Shown here in pieces: positions 10,261 through 22,301 of a stretch of DNA of 64,000 nucleotides. The notes below the pieces were generated by a model. It was given only the letters and a program-made list of their open reading frames with translations. It searched no databases and was not told the origin of the DNA. A program made the position numbers and the translations under genes. Source of the stretch: Diadema antillarum (lineage: Eukaryota); NCBI RefSeq assembly GCF_040938485.1, contig NW_027271783.1:1426001-1490000 (forward strand), written 5' to 3'. Position 1 is the stretch's first letter, and every line of letters begins with the position of its first letter.

Positions 10261-13200
10261 ATGGAAGGTCCACTGCATGATAGTCCCAGCCCATCTAGTG
10301 ACGTTGCTGATGAACAACCGGCCGTCAGTGATCCTCCCCAGGATAGATCTACCTCAGGATTGGTGGGAAACGCCCAGATTGGTGGTATTCTACCGGAGCA
10401 AGCTATCCCGAGCGTACCAAGACGTAACCCTGACGATTCGGATGACGACAGGTCAACCACGCTATCATCAGCATCACGACGAAGCAACAGGTCCACATCA
10501 TCTAGAGATAGCGGAAGGACCGCAGCGGCTTCCCGACTGCGTGAGGCCAGAATCAAGTTGGAGCTAGCGAAAGCAAGAAAGGAACAACTGAAAAGGAAAC
10601 AAGAACTAACAAGAGAACAGTTGAGATTGAATGAAAAACTTGCAAATCTTGAGCTAGAACATGAAATTGAAAATGCAGAAATTGAAACACGTGTACTAGC
10701 ATGTGAAGTTCATGATGTTGTTGGTAAGCCACAGTACGAAGTTAATGAAAAGAAGGATGAAGTGAAGTCCTCATTGTTAAATCCTGATGCTCGAGTGTGG
10801 TCAGGAGCAAAGGGTAATGGTGTCACATCTGACCCGGTAGAACGTAATTGTACCACGCCAAGTAGTCCAGTTGAATATGGTGAAGTTCGTATGTCATCTC
10901 ATGATTTGTCTCATGCACCTAACGTTGCTGTAGATGATTGTGTGAGAAGCAGTGATGTGTATAATTCTAACATGAATCCAATATTTCATGCCATTAATGT
11001 TGCTTTTAGCTTGCCAAAGCCAGATTTGGTTACCTTTGATGGCAATCCGACTGTGTATCGCAGCTTCATTAACAGCTTTGAGGTTACCGTGGAACAGAAG
11101 GTGCTGGATGACAGGACCAGACTCACTTATCTCATCCAGTACTGCTCGGGTAAGGCCCGCAACAGCATCGAGAACTGTGTTCTCATGGAACCACGTGAGG
11201 GTTATGCTGAAGCGAAGAGGATTTTGAGAGAGCAGTTTGGACAACCGCACGTGGTAGCGAATGCTCACTTGGATAAGATCCTGAAACGTTCACAAGTCAA
11301 GCAGAACGACCATGCAGGACTGTGGGATCTTGCGCGAGATATGAAGCGTTGTGGGATGGTTCTAGCCCAGATGGGATATCTCGCTGATGCAAACGGCTCT
11401 GAGACACTACTCAAGATTCAACGTCTGTTACCCGTTCACCTTCAAGCAGAATGGGCGAGGAGAGCCCATGCCATGATGGTGAGATGTGTTGTGCCCAACT
11501 TCGACTTGATGACAACGTTTGTAGAAGAATCCGCCCAGTTGGCCAGCAACATCTTTGGACGAAACATCGGGAAAGTGATTCCAAAGAATGACAAGTCGAT
11601 GAAGAAAGAAACACGACCCAGAGGGACAGCGTTTGCAACTCAGAGGGTCGATGAAAACACACCACGTCCCGTCCAAGGCAGTCGAGATCGTCCTGAAAGG
11701 AAATGTCCTTGCTGTCAAGGAAGGCACAATCTCACGTCCTGTGAATCCTTCAAGAAGAAAGGGGTAGACGACAGACGAGACGTAGCTAGGAAAGCGAGAC
11801 TGTGCTTCAATTGCCTACGACCATTTCATTTGGCTGTAGGCTGTCTTTCCACAGCTCGCTGTGAAGTAACCGACTGTGGTAAGAAGCATCATGCTCTTCT
11901 GCACACAACATACAATCCTAGTCGGAACTCTCCTCGGCAAGAGAACCGAGAGGACAGTACAAGGCAAGAAAACCAACAAGGGGTAAAGCAAGATAACCCA
12001 AGCTCTTCAAGTGGTAGTCAAGGAGATGAAAGGTTGGGTCGGTCATTCACCGCTCATTCCTCAAGAGGCAAGATCTGTCTGAGAGTCGTACCCATAAAGG
12101 TTGGAGGAAATGGGAGACAAACTACAACCTGGGCCTTGTTAGATGAAGGCAGCGACATTTCGCTGTGCACGAAGGGTCTTGTCGACAAGCTAGGTCTCAC
12201 TGGGACGGAAAGAAGCTTCAAGCTGTCTACGGTGGACCAGACAGGAGCAAGCAAACGTGGCCTTGAAGTTTCCATGTCAGTCCAAGGAGTTATGGGCCAG
12301 GAAACCTTGACACTGGACAATGTTTGGACTGTAGACAGTCTTCCAGTCGCCGACGAATGTTTCCCCAACTCAGCAGATGTAAAGGAATGGTCACACCTAA
12401 ATGACATCACCCTTCCTTCCATGGACCAAGGAGAAGTGGAGCTACTAGTGGGAGCAGACACCCCAGAAGCGTTCTGGAATTTGGAACAGAGAGTCGGCAA
12501 TCCGAAAGAACCCTATGCAGTTCGAACTCCACTAGGATGGACGCTTATGGGTCCCGTGTCCGGGAAGCGACAATCCACGACAAGTTTCCATGCGAATTTT
12601 ACTCGCCTTCAAGACGACTCCCTCGAACAACAGTTGAAGCAGTTCTGGAGGGTGGACTTTGGCGGGTATCTCAATCAGGACAATGTTGGAGATTCGGTTG
12701 AAGATCTTCGAGCACTGAAGGTGATGAAGGAATCTGCAGTGATGGTCGATGGTCACTATCAAGTCGCTCTACCGTGGCGCAGTTTTCCACCTGTCCTGCC
12801 AAACAATCGTCGTTTGGCCGAGGCGAGACTTGGGTATTTGAAGAAGAGGTTGGAACGGAACGAAGCCCTACGTGATAAGTACGTAGAGACAGTCAGCGAC
12901 TACATAGCCAAAGGGTATGCAAAGGAAGTCGAGTGCATACCGTCGGATGTATCAGCTGAGAGCGCCACCCAAGAAGAAGCTTCAAATGAGCCAGTTTGGT
13001 ATCTCCCACACCACGCTGTAGTTCATCCTCGTAAGAAAGACAAAGTCCGCGTTGTGTTCGATTGTGCGGCGAGATATGGAGGAACTTCACTCAATGAACA
13101 ACTGCTCCAAGGGCCGGACCTTACCAACAATCTAGTTGGCGTGCTTACGAGGTTTCGTCAGGAACAAGTTGCCATAGTCGCCGATATTCAGTCTATGTTC

Positions 13201-15969
13201 CACCAAGTGAAGGTTCCGCCCAGGGACAGAAACGCCATGAGATTCCTTTGGTGGAAGGACGGTGACTTGGCTCAGGAACCAGCCGAATACTGCATGACTG
13301 TACACCTATTCGGCGCCACGTCTTCACCTAGTTGTGCCAGTTTTGCTCTACGGAAGACTGCTGAGGATAATCGCGGACACTTCAATGAAGAAGTGATCAA
13401 CACAGTGAAAAGGAACTTCTATGTGGACGATTGTCTTAAGTCTGTTAAGGATCGAGCTGAAGCAGTGACTCAAGTAGAAGACATTCGTGACCTGCTCAGT
13501 CGTGGTGGATTTCGGCTCACGAAATGGTTGAGCAATGACCGCGACGTCTTAGGTTCTATACCTGAGGAAGATAGGGCAGCATCGGTGTCGAGCCTAGATA
13601 TCGACGAGCTTCCTGCAGAACGCACTCTAGGAATCCTTTGGGACGTTGAAACAGACTGTTTTGGCTTCAAGGTGCATCTCCGTGAGAAGCCTGCAACGCG
13701 ACGGGGAATTCTGTCGATAGCCAGTTCCCTCTATGACCCCCTTGGGTTCGTTGCTCCCTTCGTGCTGCCAGCCAAGATTCTCCTTCAAAGGTTGTGTAGA
13801 GTAGGATTAGGCTGGGATGAGCCTGTTGGAGCCGAGGATGAGAGAGAATGGCGAAGATGGATGGAAGACATTTCCATGTTGACTGACTTGAAGATAGAGA
13901 GATGTTTCAAACCGAATGGTTTCGAAGTCGTGTCAGCTGAAGTGCATCACTTCTGTGATGCCTCCGAAGTTGGATATGCGTCCGTTGCATACCTACGCCT
14001 GACTGACAGAACAGGACGGATACATTGTGCCTTTGTTATGGGGAAGTCGCGACTTGCTCCAGTGAAAGTAGTATCCATCCCCAGATTGGAGTTAATGGCA
14101 GCAGTGTTGGCCGTGTCCATGGATCATTTCATCAAGTCAGCGCTTGACATCCAAGTCAAAGACAGCGTCTTTTGGACTGACTCAACATCTGTCCTTCAGT
14201 ATATCCGCAGTGAAAGCAAGAGATTCATGACGTTTGTAGCCAATCGTGTGGCAAGGATTCATGATGCCTCAGAGGTGTCTCAGTGGAGATACGTAGACTC
14301 AAAGTCTAATCCAAGTGACGACGGATCACGTGGCCTGAAGGCACAGGAACTACTCCAGAACCAGCGTTGGCTCAAAGGACCAGATTTTCTGTGGAGAGAC
14401 GATGACTGGCCCATTCAGCCAGAAGTCTTGGAGTTAAGAGGAGACGCTGAAGTGAAGAAAGCAGTACCAGTATATGCGACAGCAATCAGAGCTCAAGTCA
14501 GCGACCTCTTGCATAGGTACTCTTCGTGGAATCAGTTGAGGAAATCCACAGCGTGGCTTCTTCGTTTCAAGAAGCTTCTCAAAGTCAAGGCTAAGGGGGA
14601 ATCCACGGATGATCTGAAGAAGCCCACTCTATCTGCCGACGAATTGAAACAAGCAGAGAAAGCAATCGTGACTCTGGTGCAACGCGATGAATTCAGCGCT
14701 ATCCTCGAAGGAAAGCAGATGAGCGGTACAGTCATGTCCAAGCTGAACCCAATTCTGGTGGATGGCATCATTCGAGTTGGCGGAAGACTAGAGAACGCAC
14801 CACTGGATGATGAGACGAAACATCCTATCATTTTGCCCTCTGATCACCATGTGACGAAGCTCTTGATCGTTCATCACCATCACCTAGTAGGTCATTCGGG
14901 GGCCGGGATGACCTGGACAGCCCTCAGAGAGAAGTATTGGGTGTTGAAAGGAGGGGCAACCGTGCGAAAGGTGATAGGCAAGTGTTTCTCGTGCAAGCGA
15001 AGAAATGCCAAGAAGATGGAACAATTCATGGCAGATCTTCCGAGTAGTAGGGTGACCCCAGACAAACCACCTTTCTCTTATGTGGGAATTGATTACTTTG
15101 GACCAATCATGGTGAAGCAAGGTCGTAGCCGGGTCAAACGTTACGGGTGCTTGTTTACCTGTCTGAACTGCAGAGCGGTCCACCTAGAAGTAGCAAACAC
15201 TTTGGACACAGACTCCTTCATAAACGCACTGAGAAGGTTCATCAGCAGGCGAGGTAAGCCATCTAAAATCATCAGTGACAATGGGAGCAACTTTAGAGGT
15301 GCGGAACGAGAACTTCGTGAGAACCTGGAAAGTTTGAGCCAAACGCGTGTGACTAACTTCCTCGCTGAGCAAGGCATTGACTGGAACTTCAATACTCCCA
15401 CAGCTAGTCACATGGGCGGAGCCTGGGAACGGATGGTGAGGTCTGTTCGCAAGATACTTACCTGCTTACTTGGACAGCAAATTGTCAATGATGAAGTTCT
15501 GTCCACGCTCATGGCTGAAGTAGAGTCAATCTTGAATGCTCGGCCACTCACTCAGTTGAATCTTGACCCAAACGATGACGAACCTTTGACACCAAACCAC
15601 TTGTTGATCATGCGAAAAGGCTCTAGTCTCCCTCCAGGTGTCTTTGATCAGAAGGACGCATATGGCAGACGCAGATGGAGACAAGTGCAATATCTCGCTT
15701 CTGTCTTTTGGAAGAGGTGGCAGAGGGAATATTTACTTCTGCTGCAAGAAAGGCAGAAGTGGAATGCCCCAAGACGGAACCTAGCTGTCAATGATTTGGT
15801 CTTGGTAGCGGATGAAACCAAACCTCGCGGACAGTGGCCTTTGGGTAAAGTGGTTGAAGTGTACCCGGGAAAGGATGGACATGTTCGACAGGCTCAAGTG
15901 AGGGTTGGAACAAGATTCTTCAAGAGGCCAATAGCAAAGCTCTGTCTGCTCGAAGCCGCTGAAACGTAG
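10261..15969 (+). CDS. BEL/Pao gag-pol polyprotein (1902 aa from ATG 10261)
   Basis: Uninterrupted ORF. Motifs: gag LPKPDLVTFDGNP; the BEL triple Cys/His array (CPCCQGRHNLTSC, CFNCLRPFHLAVGC, CEVTDCGKKHHALLH); protease LLDEGS (12142); RT YLPHHAV and YVDD (13420); RNase H HFCDASEVGY; integrase GHSG...CFSC, GIDYFGP, SDNGSNF and GGAWERMV; C-terminal WPLGKVVEVYPGKDG. Confidence 0.98.
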   Translation: MEGPLHDSPSPSSDVADEQPAVSDPPQDRSTSGLVGNAQIGGILPEQAIPSVPRRNPDDSDDDRSTTLSSASRRSNRSTSSRDSGRTAAASRLREARIKLELAKARKEQLKRKQELTREQLRLNEKLANLELEHEIENAEIETRVLACEVHDVVGKPQYEVNEKKDEVKSSLLNPDARVWSGAKGNGVTSDPVERNCTTPSSPVEYGEVRMSSHDLSHAPNVAVDDCVRSSDVYNSNMNPIFHAINVAFSLPKPDLVTFDGNPTVYRSFINSFEVTVEQKVLDDRTRLTYLIQYCSGKARNSIENCVLMEPREGYAEAKRILREQFGQPHVVANAHLDKILKRSQVKQNDHAGLWDLARDMKRCGMVLAQMGYLADANGSETLLKIQRLLPVHLQAEWARRAHAMMVRCVVPNFDLMTTFVEESAQLASNIFGRNIGKVIPKNDKSMKKETRPRGTAFATQRVDENTPRPVQGSRDRPERKCPCCQGRHNLTSCESFKKKGVDDRRDVARKARLCFNCLRPFHLAVGCLSTARCEVTDCGKKHHALLHTTYNPSRNSPRQENREDSTRQENQQGVKQDNPSSSSGSQGDERLGRSFTAHSSRGKICLRVVPIKVGGNGRQTTTWALLDEGSDISLCTKGLVDKLGLTGTERSFKLSTVDQTGASKRGLEVSMSVQGVMGQETLTLDNVWTVDSLPVADECFPNSADVKEWSHLNDITLPSMDQGEVELLVGADTPEAFWNLEQRVGNPKEPYAVRTPLGWTLMGPVSGKRQSTTSFHANFTRLQDDSLEQQLKQFWRVDFGGYLNQDNVGDSVEDLRALKVMKESAVMVDGHYQVALPWRSFPPVLPNNRRLAEARLGYLKKRLERNEALRDKYVETVSDYIAKGYAKEVECIPSDVSAESATQEEASNEPVWYLPHHAVVHPRKKDKVRVVFDCAARYGGTSLNEQLLQGPDLTNNLVGVLTRFRQEQVAIVADIQSMFHQVKVPPRDRNAMRFLWWKDGDLAQEPAEYCMTVHLFGATSSPSCASFALRKTAEDNRGHFNEEVINTVKRNFYVDDCLKSVKDRAEAVTQVEDIRDLLSRGGFRLTKWLSNDRDVLGSIPEEDRAASVSSLDIDELPAERTLGILWDVETDCFGFKVHLREKPATRRGILSIASSLYDPLGFVAPFVLPAKILLQRLCRVGLGWDEPVGAEDEREWRRWMEDISMLTDLKIERCFKPNGFEVVSAEVHHFCDASEVGYASVAYLRLTDRTGRIHCAFVMGKSRLAPVKVVSIPRLELMAAVLAVSMDHFIKSALDIQVKDSVFWTDSTSVLQYIRSESKRFMTFVANRVARIHDASEVSQWRYVDSKSNPSDDGSRGLKAQELLQNQRWLKGPDFLWRDDDWPIQPEVLELRGDAEVKKAVPVYATAIRAQVSDLLHRYSSWNQLRKSTAWLLRFKKLLKVKAKGESTDDLKKPTLSADELKQAEKAIVTLVQRDEFSAILEGKQMSGTVMSKLNPILVDGIIRVGGRLENAPLDDETKHPIILPSDHHVTKLLIVHHHHLVGHSGAGMTWTALREKYWVLKGGATVRKVIGKCFSCKRRNAKKMEQFMADLPSSRVTPDKPPFSYVGIDYFGPIMVKQGRSRVKRYGCLFTCLNCRAVHLEVANTLDTDSFINALRRFISRRGKPSKIISDNGSNFRGAERELRENLESLSQTRVTNFLAEQGIDWNFNTPTASHMGGAWERMVRSVRKILTCLLGQQIVNDEVLSTLMAEVESILNARPLTQLNLDPNDDEPLTPNHLLIMRKGSSLPPGVFDQKDAYGRRRWRQVQYLASVFWKRWQREYLLLLQERQKWNAPRRNLAVNDLVLVADETKPRGQWPLGKVVEVYPGKDGHVRQAQVRVGTRFFKRPIAKLCLLEAAET

Positions 15970-16233
15970 TGATATAAGTGGATGACTTAATTGCAGTCAT
16001 CAGACTTGATACTCTAGCTTAAGAGTTGAATCGAATGTTTGATGTTTGCTTATTCGAAGGTTAAGCAATGCCTTTGAGATGTAAGCGCGAGTAAGCCGAT
16101 TTGACAGTTATTTTAAACTGTAGTTATTTGCATTAAGTACATGCATTTGCTGTTGAACGGTTTGTATGTGAATAGGAAGAATTTCTGCCGCCTAAAGATT
16201 GAGGTTAAATGACCATCCTGTGGGTTGCTCATT

Positions 16234-16244
16234 GGGGGCCGGTA
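16234..16244 (+). promoter_or_regulatory. Polypurine-tract-like plus-strand primer site (GGGGGCCGGTA)
   Basis: G-rich tract directly abutting the 3' LTR start. Confidence 0.75.
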
Positions 16245-17800
16245 TGTAGCGGCAGTATTGATTTATTCAAGAAATATTTGATTGGAACAATTTAGACTGT
16301 TACACCCCCTTTAAGGTGCAGATCGTTACCTTGGATACACCATCAAGTGCGCATTCCTTCGGTTGCTTGCGCACTGATTTTGCTTTACGTACTAGTATGC
16401 TGTATGCGTACTACATGATAGCCACGCAAAAGATATGGGCCAAGATGCAAGACACGATCAAAAAAGAATGAGTTCGGATCTGTGATTGATTTACTTTAGG
16501 AACCTAAACAGTTTGGTAAGAGAAATTATGATGGAAAACAGACGAATATTTGATTGCTGTAGCTTTGTTTAATCCTTTATGTAGTGATATGTGTTGTGTT
16601 GTTAGCTTGTAATTGAGTTCAGAATTTAGGTTGACATAACGATTCGAAACGGTGTTCGTATAGAAAGTGATTACACATAGAACAGTACGGTACGCTGTAG
16701 GTATTGATTATTGTACATGATTCCTGCTTAGCAGGCAGGGAAGAGAAATGTTGGAAGTGTGAGTGTATGATTGAAGCTTACAATATTGTGCATGTTTATT
16801 TAGGAATAATATAAGACTCCATATTCAGAAGAATATTGTGTCATGGTCATATAGGAATGAGAATCAGATTAAGGGATTCAACTTTTGTCACTTTCATAGA
16901 GCTGTATACTGTTAGATTTACACAAGTATATGTACGTATACCGTACGGTCAATACAATCCCATACATAATTGCCGTTAGAGGGCTAACTTATTTAATGTT
17001 TGTGAAGGGTTAGTTTCTTTTTTGGTGTATCATATGGGTGTTGAGGTGTCAAAAGGAAAGACATTCAAGGGTTTAAAGGGAAAGATGATCTTGGATTTAT
17101 TTTATTGTAAGAAAGGCAGGCTGCATTTCTGGATAGTGTTGTAGGGATGCAATTGCATCATTTGAACTGAATTATGTGAGTGATAGAGATAAAGGTCACT
17201 TCATTATGTACGCTTTGTTTGAAATGATCAAAGTAAACAAGTGTGATAGAGTCAGGTCATTTAGAACAATATTATTATCTCATGGTGCAGTGTATTGGAC
17301 ACTGAGAAATGCAGTACATGTACCATACATCAGATATTGAGTCAGAATATGTCTTTACAAGACATTGATGTGTTAATGTTTAGGACTGAACACCGAACAC
17401 TTGCATATTTAGTGCACTGCATATGGTTGCATGCATTTGGGTTAATAGTGTAAAGTTGTTACTGTTGTTTATGTTAGTTGATTTATTACAAGTATTAAGT
17501 ATATTTGGAAGACACAGAAATAATTACACTTGATAAGCTGTTCAAGGTAGTGATAACTAAGCATTTATTATTTCTTTTCTCTTTTTATAGCGAACCACAA
17601 GTTCGGGTTCGACAGCAGTATGCAAGCACACAAGTACACAAGTTGGTGTGTTCCACAAGTTTTGGTTCAACACAAGTTCGTGTTTGTCACAAGTACACGA
17701 GTCCAGCTGGTATTGATGTCTTCAATAAATGAACGAACCTGTGCGTTCCAACTGTGACTGACTGAAGTAAACTTTCACCTTTATGTAGTACGTGTCTACA
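16245..17800 (+). repeat. BEL 3' LTR (1556 bp)
   Basis: Same length as the 5' LTR, with no differences in the stretches compared by eye. The ORF track gives identical 75-aa ORFs at 9941 and 17505. AATAAA lies at 17724-17729. Confidence 0.98.
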
Positions 17801-20800
17801 GTTGTTGTTGAATCTTAAGCTGTTAAGTCCTGAAGTAATTTTTACAGCAGCAATTATTATCTTTTGCTCATCAAATTGGCAACTCTGAAATTTATTCCAT
17901 GTCTTATATTGCAGAAAGGTTAAATGGAGCTGGTTATATTCATTACATTTGGGAAAAAAGGACATAACTAGTGATACAAAATACTGCCACTTTGAGACAG
18001 GACAAGAAAAAAAAGACACCTTTAATATTCTAAGACATGCTGCCAATTTAAGGATCAGTTACAAAGCAAGTGATTACAAGGTTTCACATAATTCTGAAAA
18101 AAATAATGATAACTAGTGATACAACTTTAACTTGGTCTAACTTTAAGGCGATTTTCTCACATGAAGCAGTGAGTTGCAAGCACAAGCTTGCAGCGCAGGT
18201 GACAACATTTGTTTTTAATTACTCAGATAAGACGTATAGTTTGCTTAGAATCAAGACTGTAAAAATAAGATTGTATTAAATCAGGTTAGAATTACCCAAC
18301 ATTCAGATAGATACATTAGTCTCCAGCAAATGGCATTTTACACAATAGCTGTATCAAGACCCCATGAGCTACCATAACCAATTAAACAAGCAATTTTTCA
18401 TAAATGTTATACCATCAAACATACATCAACCACATATATACTCAAAGAGTGCTCGGTTTGTCAGTAGAATTAAAAATGAGGTCATATTAAAGCTTTGCCT
18501 CACATGAAGATGTTTTATAGATCAAAGCATTCAGATTTTAAAGAAAAAAAATGAATTAATGAATGAATGTGAAGCTGTAATTCAGCAGGAATGGTTTGGC
18601 TGAATGTAATTGGAACAGCACGAGTGAAGAGCTGTGATGTGAGCTTGCTTTCAGACACACTAAAGTGCCTTAATTGGCCTCAAATGGATATTTCTAAAGA
18701 CATTCATTATCAAGTTTGCATTTTGCCACTTGTAAGGGTTAAATGGCCATCTTATCTCCCTCCTGCTTTAGACTTTGTGATTGTTGGTGAATGCACGTCA
18801 TTTCAGCTAAAAAAGCCAATACACCTGGTAGTGATTAACCTGAAAAAAAAATGAGAAAATCTCCAAATTTCTGATCGTTTTCTTTTGAATGTCTGACAGT
18901 TTCTCGAATTGCCCGACAATAAAGGGATGTGGTTTCATTTTTTGAGGTAAGAGATATATTATGACCAGATTTAATGCTCTGATGGTCCCCCATGCGATCA
19001 CTCATTACAATGCTACAAAGGCCACATTTCTGTCTGACAAAACCAATCAAAATAATGTCTGAACACTGCGCGTTAAAGATAAACTTCGCCTGTCTTTTGC
19101 AGGGACTGTCGAGTATCCATTATAAAATGCCAGCTTTTGAAGCCACCAAATGTCAAGTTTCACATTAGCCAACCTTCCCCACAATGTATAAAGACTAACT
19201 GATTTTCAGCTACTCTACGTTTAAAATTTACCTCAACCATCTTCCAAACAATATGGCAACTCACACTTAGAGTGAACATCTGAACACCAGAAAAATCACA
19301 TTTCAGTGAAATTGTGAAAGAAACTGTGCTAAAAGAAACAAAACGTCGCAAAAAAAAATGCAGAGAAGGGGGTGACGTCTGTTTTTGTTTCTTTGTTTGT
19401 TTGTTTTAGATTTGGGATGAGTATGTTCACTGCAGAGTAATCACAATTTGTGTCGCATGTTTTCTGCCTCCTACTCTCAGCTAAGGAACCTAAGATAATC
19501 AGCAAGCAGGGCAGACTATTTGTCAACATCACTTAACAGTTGAGATTTGTCCCCGGTGTCATGTACTTGCAATTTGTATGCTGCAAGATGACTGGAATGT
19601 TTTAACGTTGAAATTCACAATCTATGGAAAATCTGTTCATTCAGCTGCACGCTGCACCTTTTGAGAGTATTTGAAAAGAATTAAAAAGATGAGCTAAAAA
19701 TTATAGATAGCAAAAAAAACAAAACAAAACTTTGAGTTTTGAGATACCAGCCATCACTACTTTACATGTTATTCTTCTGACTGCTTCGAAGAGTCTAGTT
19801 ACAGTTCCAGGAACAACTGGCAGATTACAGCAGCACATAACTCAAATATTTTTGTTCCACAGATAAAATCCTTCATCACCCCTTCAATTTTCTTTTTTTT
19901 TTCTTGTGCTTTGCCTACAAGTGGCCCAGTTCCATACCAATGATATCAATACTTAGAGCAAGGGGACAAAAAGGGAGTCGGGAGAGAGAGAAGGCAGCAT
20001 AAAACAAGTTGAAGTACTAAAATTTCATTGACATTGGATACAGGTCAATGCCTGAAAGGAGAGACAATATTTCACAGCGCAAAGGAGAATTTGACAGAGT
20101 AATGCAGAGACTCAGGAGTAACTGTGTCATTGGTAGAAACTCGGGAAAAAAAATCAAAGATTGAGAGAAGGGGAAGATGACTGCAACTCCATGATAAATG
20201 ATAGATAGATCGAGAGAGAGAGAGGGAAAAAATTAAAGTAGATGGGGGTGAGAGAAGATGACCTCAATAAATGTGCACACCCACTCAAAAAGAATGCAAG
20301 ATGGGTACGACTTCGGAACAAGTTGGCCAAACTGAATGCAGGTAGGACAGGATGTGGGAAGACAGGTGGCACAGAAAAAAAAAACAACCTCCTTTCCTCA
20401 TTCGAAGCAAAAAATTTCTATACATGTGAAAGTTTGGTATTATGGGCACATTTGGATGTAGAAAATTTGAAATAGAAACCATAATATATTCTGAAGATGG
20501 AAAGTTACTTGATTGAATGATTTAGTGTTAAAAAAAAGCTACTTGATAAAAGTTAGAAGTCAACAATATCAACAACAGGAAGTGGTATCTATGGCCCTCA
20601 TTTTTCAAGTCATTTGTTCAGTAATACTGTCTCTCTGACATTCTGGTTAATGCTGATATTCCCCCTGTTCAGACACAAGCCAATTTATACCAAAACTCGA
20701 TAAAGAAACGACGTATAAAGAATCATCGTATAGCCGACAGACCGTTCAGAAGCCAATTTCGATTATTCCGGAAAAACGTTGTATAGATGTGCAGTTTCTC

Positions 20801-21957
20801 ACTGCGCATGTTGTTATGGTCTTGAGTGACAGTTACAAAGTCACCTTTCGTGTGCGCTCCCATTAAGCCACGCCCAGTTATACCGTTCTATGGTCGCCAT
20901 ACGTTCAGACGCACAATGGACACGATGGAATGCTGATTCGTTATCGAGTTCTAGTTCGAAACTATGCTCTGACCATAATGTCGCCATACATCGTTTCGTT
21001 TGTCAGCGTTAAGACGTATAAATTCATCGTATTTTACATTTACAAGCCAACAATACATGCTAAACTTGTCAGATCAAATCAACTGTCAAGAGGGACATGT
21101 TTGGGAACAGTGGGAACAGGTATTGTTACCAAATAATGAATGTAACTTCATCACAGAGGGCACACAGCCACCATTAGAATAACCTTTATAACTTGCATCT
21201 GAGGCTGAACATGAAATAACAAAAGTGATTGCGTTCAAAAACCACAACAATAACTGTTGACACCTGGTAATATGCTATGGCTGACACAGTATCTTTTGCA
21301 CATCATCATAATACTGGAATTCTATCCATAATCCCTTGTAATGATACACTGACGTGTAGCATTGCTTCATCAGTTATTGCATACAGGGTGTGAGTGTTTT
21401 ATTTTCTTTTTACGAACAGTTATCCTATTCAACCCCAAAATGGAGAAGGGGGCCTATCTATTTACAATCAAACAATGGCTCTCAAAACAGATATTTATCA
21501 CTTGTCAGGAGAGACTACTGCAGAAGATGGATGGCAGAAATTTTTCTAAGGTCAAAACCTTAAGTTATTTTTGCACCCCCCCCCCCAAAAAAAAAAGGGG
21601 GAGGGGTTAGAAAATTGCTTATCTACAACTTATTCAATTACAACTTTATCTATTCTTCTGTACCAGAAGCAGTTTCATACCTTCCAGTGGGAAGTTCAGG
21701 CACAGGAATAAAATAACACACTGGTTTGCACACTTTGTGAGATATTGGTGGTGTTATTGAATTAGATCAGAAAGTTTTATTACCCCCTTCTTTCTATTTA
21801 GGAAAACAGGATCCTTACAATCTCTCCTGTTTGTTCTTTTTTTTGTGGGATCGACCTGGCAATTTCAGTGTTTAGTTTTCGTCTTATGTGCATGCTTTTT
21901 CTCATATTGAAATCATTCACAGTCGGTGCTGGCTGGATCTGCCACTTTTGATAAAAG

Positions 21958-22068
21958 GGTGAGTGAATGAAGGAGTGAATGAATGAAGGAGTGACTGATT
22001 GTATGAAAGAATGAATGTATGTATGAATGATTGTATGAATGAATGAATGAATGAATGATTGTATGAAT
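21958..22068. repeat. (TGAA/TGTA)n microsatellite running into the gap
   Basis: Read directly from the sequence. Confidence 0.9.
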
Positions 22069-22301
22069 NNNNNNNNNNNNNNNNNNNNNNNNNNNNNNNN
22101 NNNNNNNNNNNNNNNNNNNNNNNNNNNNNNNNNNNNNNNNNNNNNNNNNNNNNNNNNNNNNNNNNNNNNNNNNNNNNNNNNNNNNNNNNNNNNNNNNNNN
22201 NNNNNNNNNNNNNNNNNNNNNNNNNNNNNNNNNNNNNNNNNNNNNNNNNNNNNNNNNNNNNNNNNNNNNNNNNNNNNNNNNNNNNNNNNNNNNNNNNNNN
22301 N
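22069..22301. other. Assembly gap (233 N)
   Basis: Run of N. Confidence 1.

Larger units (their letters stand above)
8681..17800 (+). mobile_element. Full-length BEL/Pao LTR retrotransposon (9120 bp)
   Basis: Two 1556-bp direct repeats with TGTAG...CTACA ends, a 5-bp TSD GTTGT (8676-8680 and 17801-17805), and a single gag-PR-RT-RH-IN ORF carrying BEL motifs. Confidence 0.98.

Noticed and set aside
10251-10262. TGGATCC as a canonical tRNA PBS
   Set aside because: It is 14 nt from the LTR end, and I recognise no tRNA 3' end that it complements. A tRNA database check is still advisable.
10158-15411. Antisense and alternative-frame ORFs inside the BEL polyprotein
   Set aside because: Shadow ORFs of a long coding sequence, with no motifs.
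15970-16244. Possible env or extra ORF after BEL pol
   Set aside because: Only 275 bp long, with no ORF.
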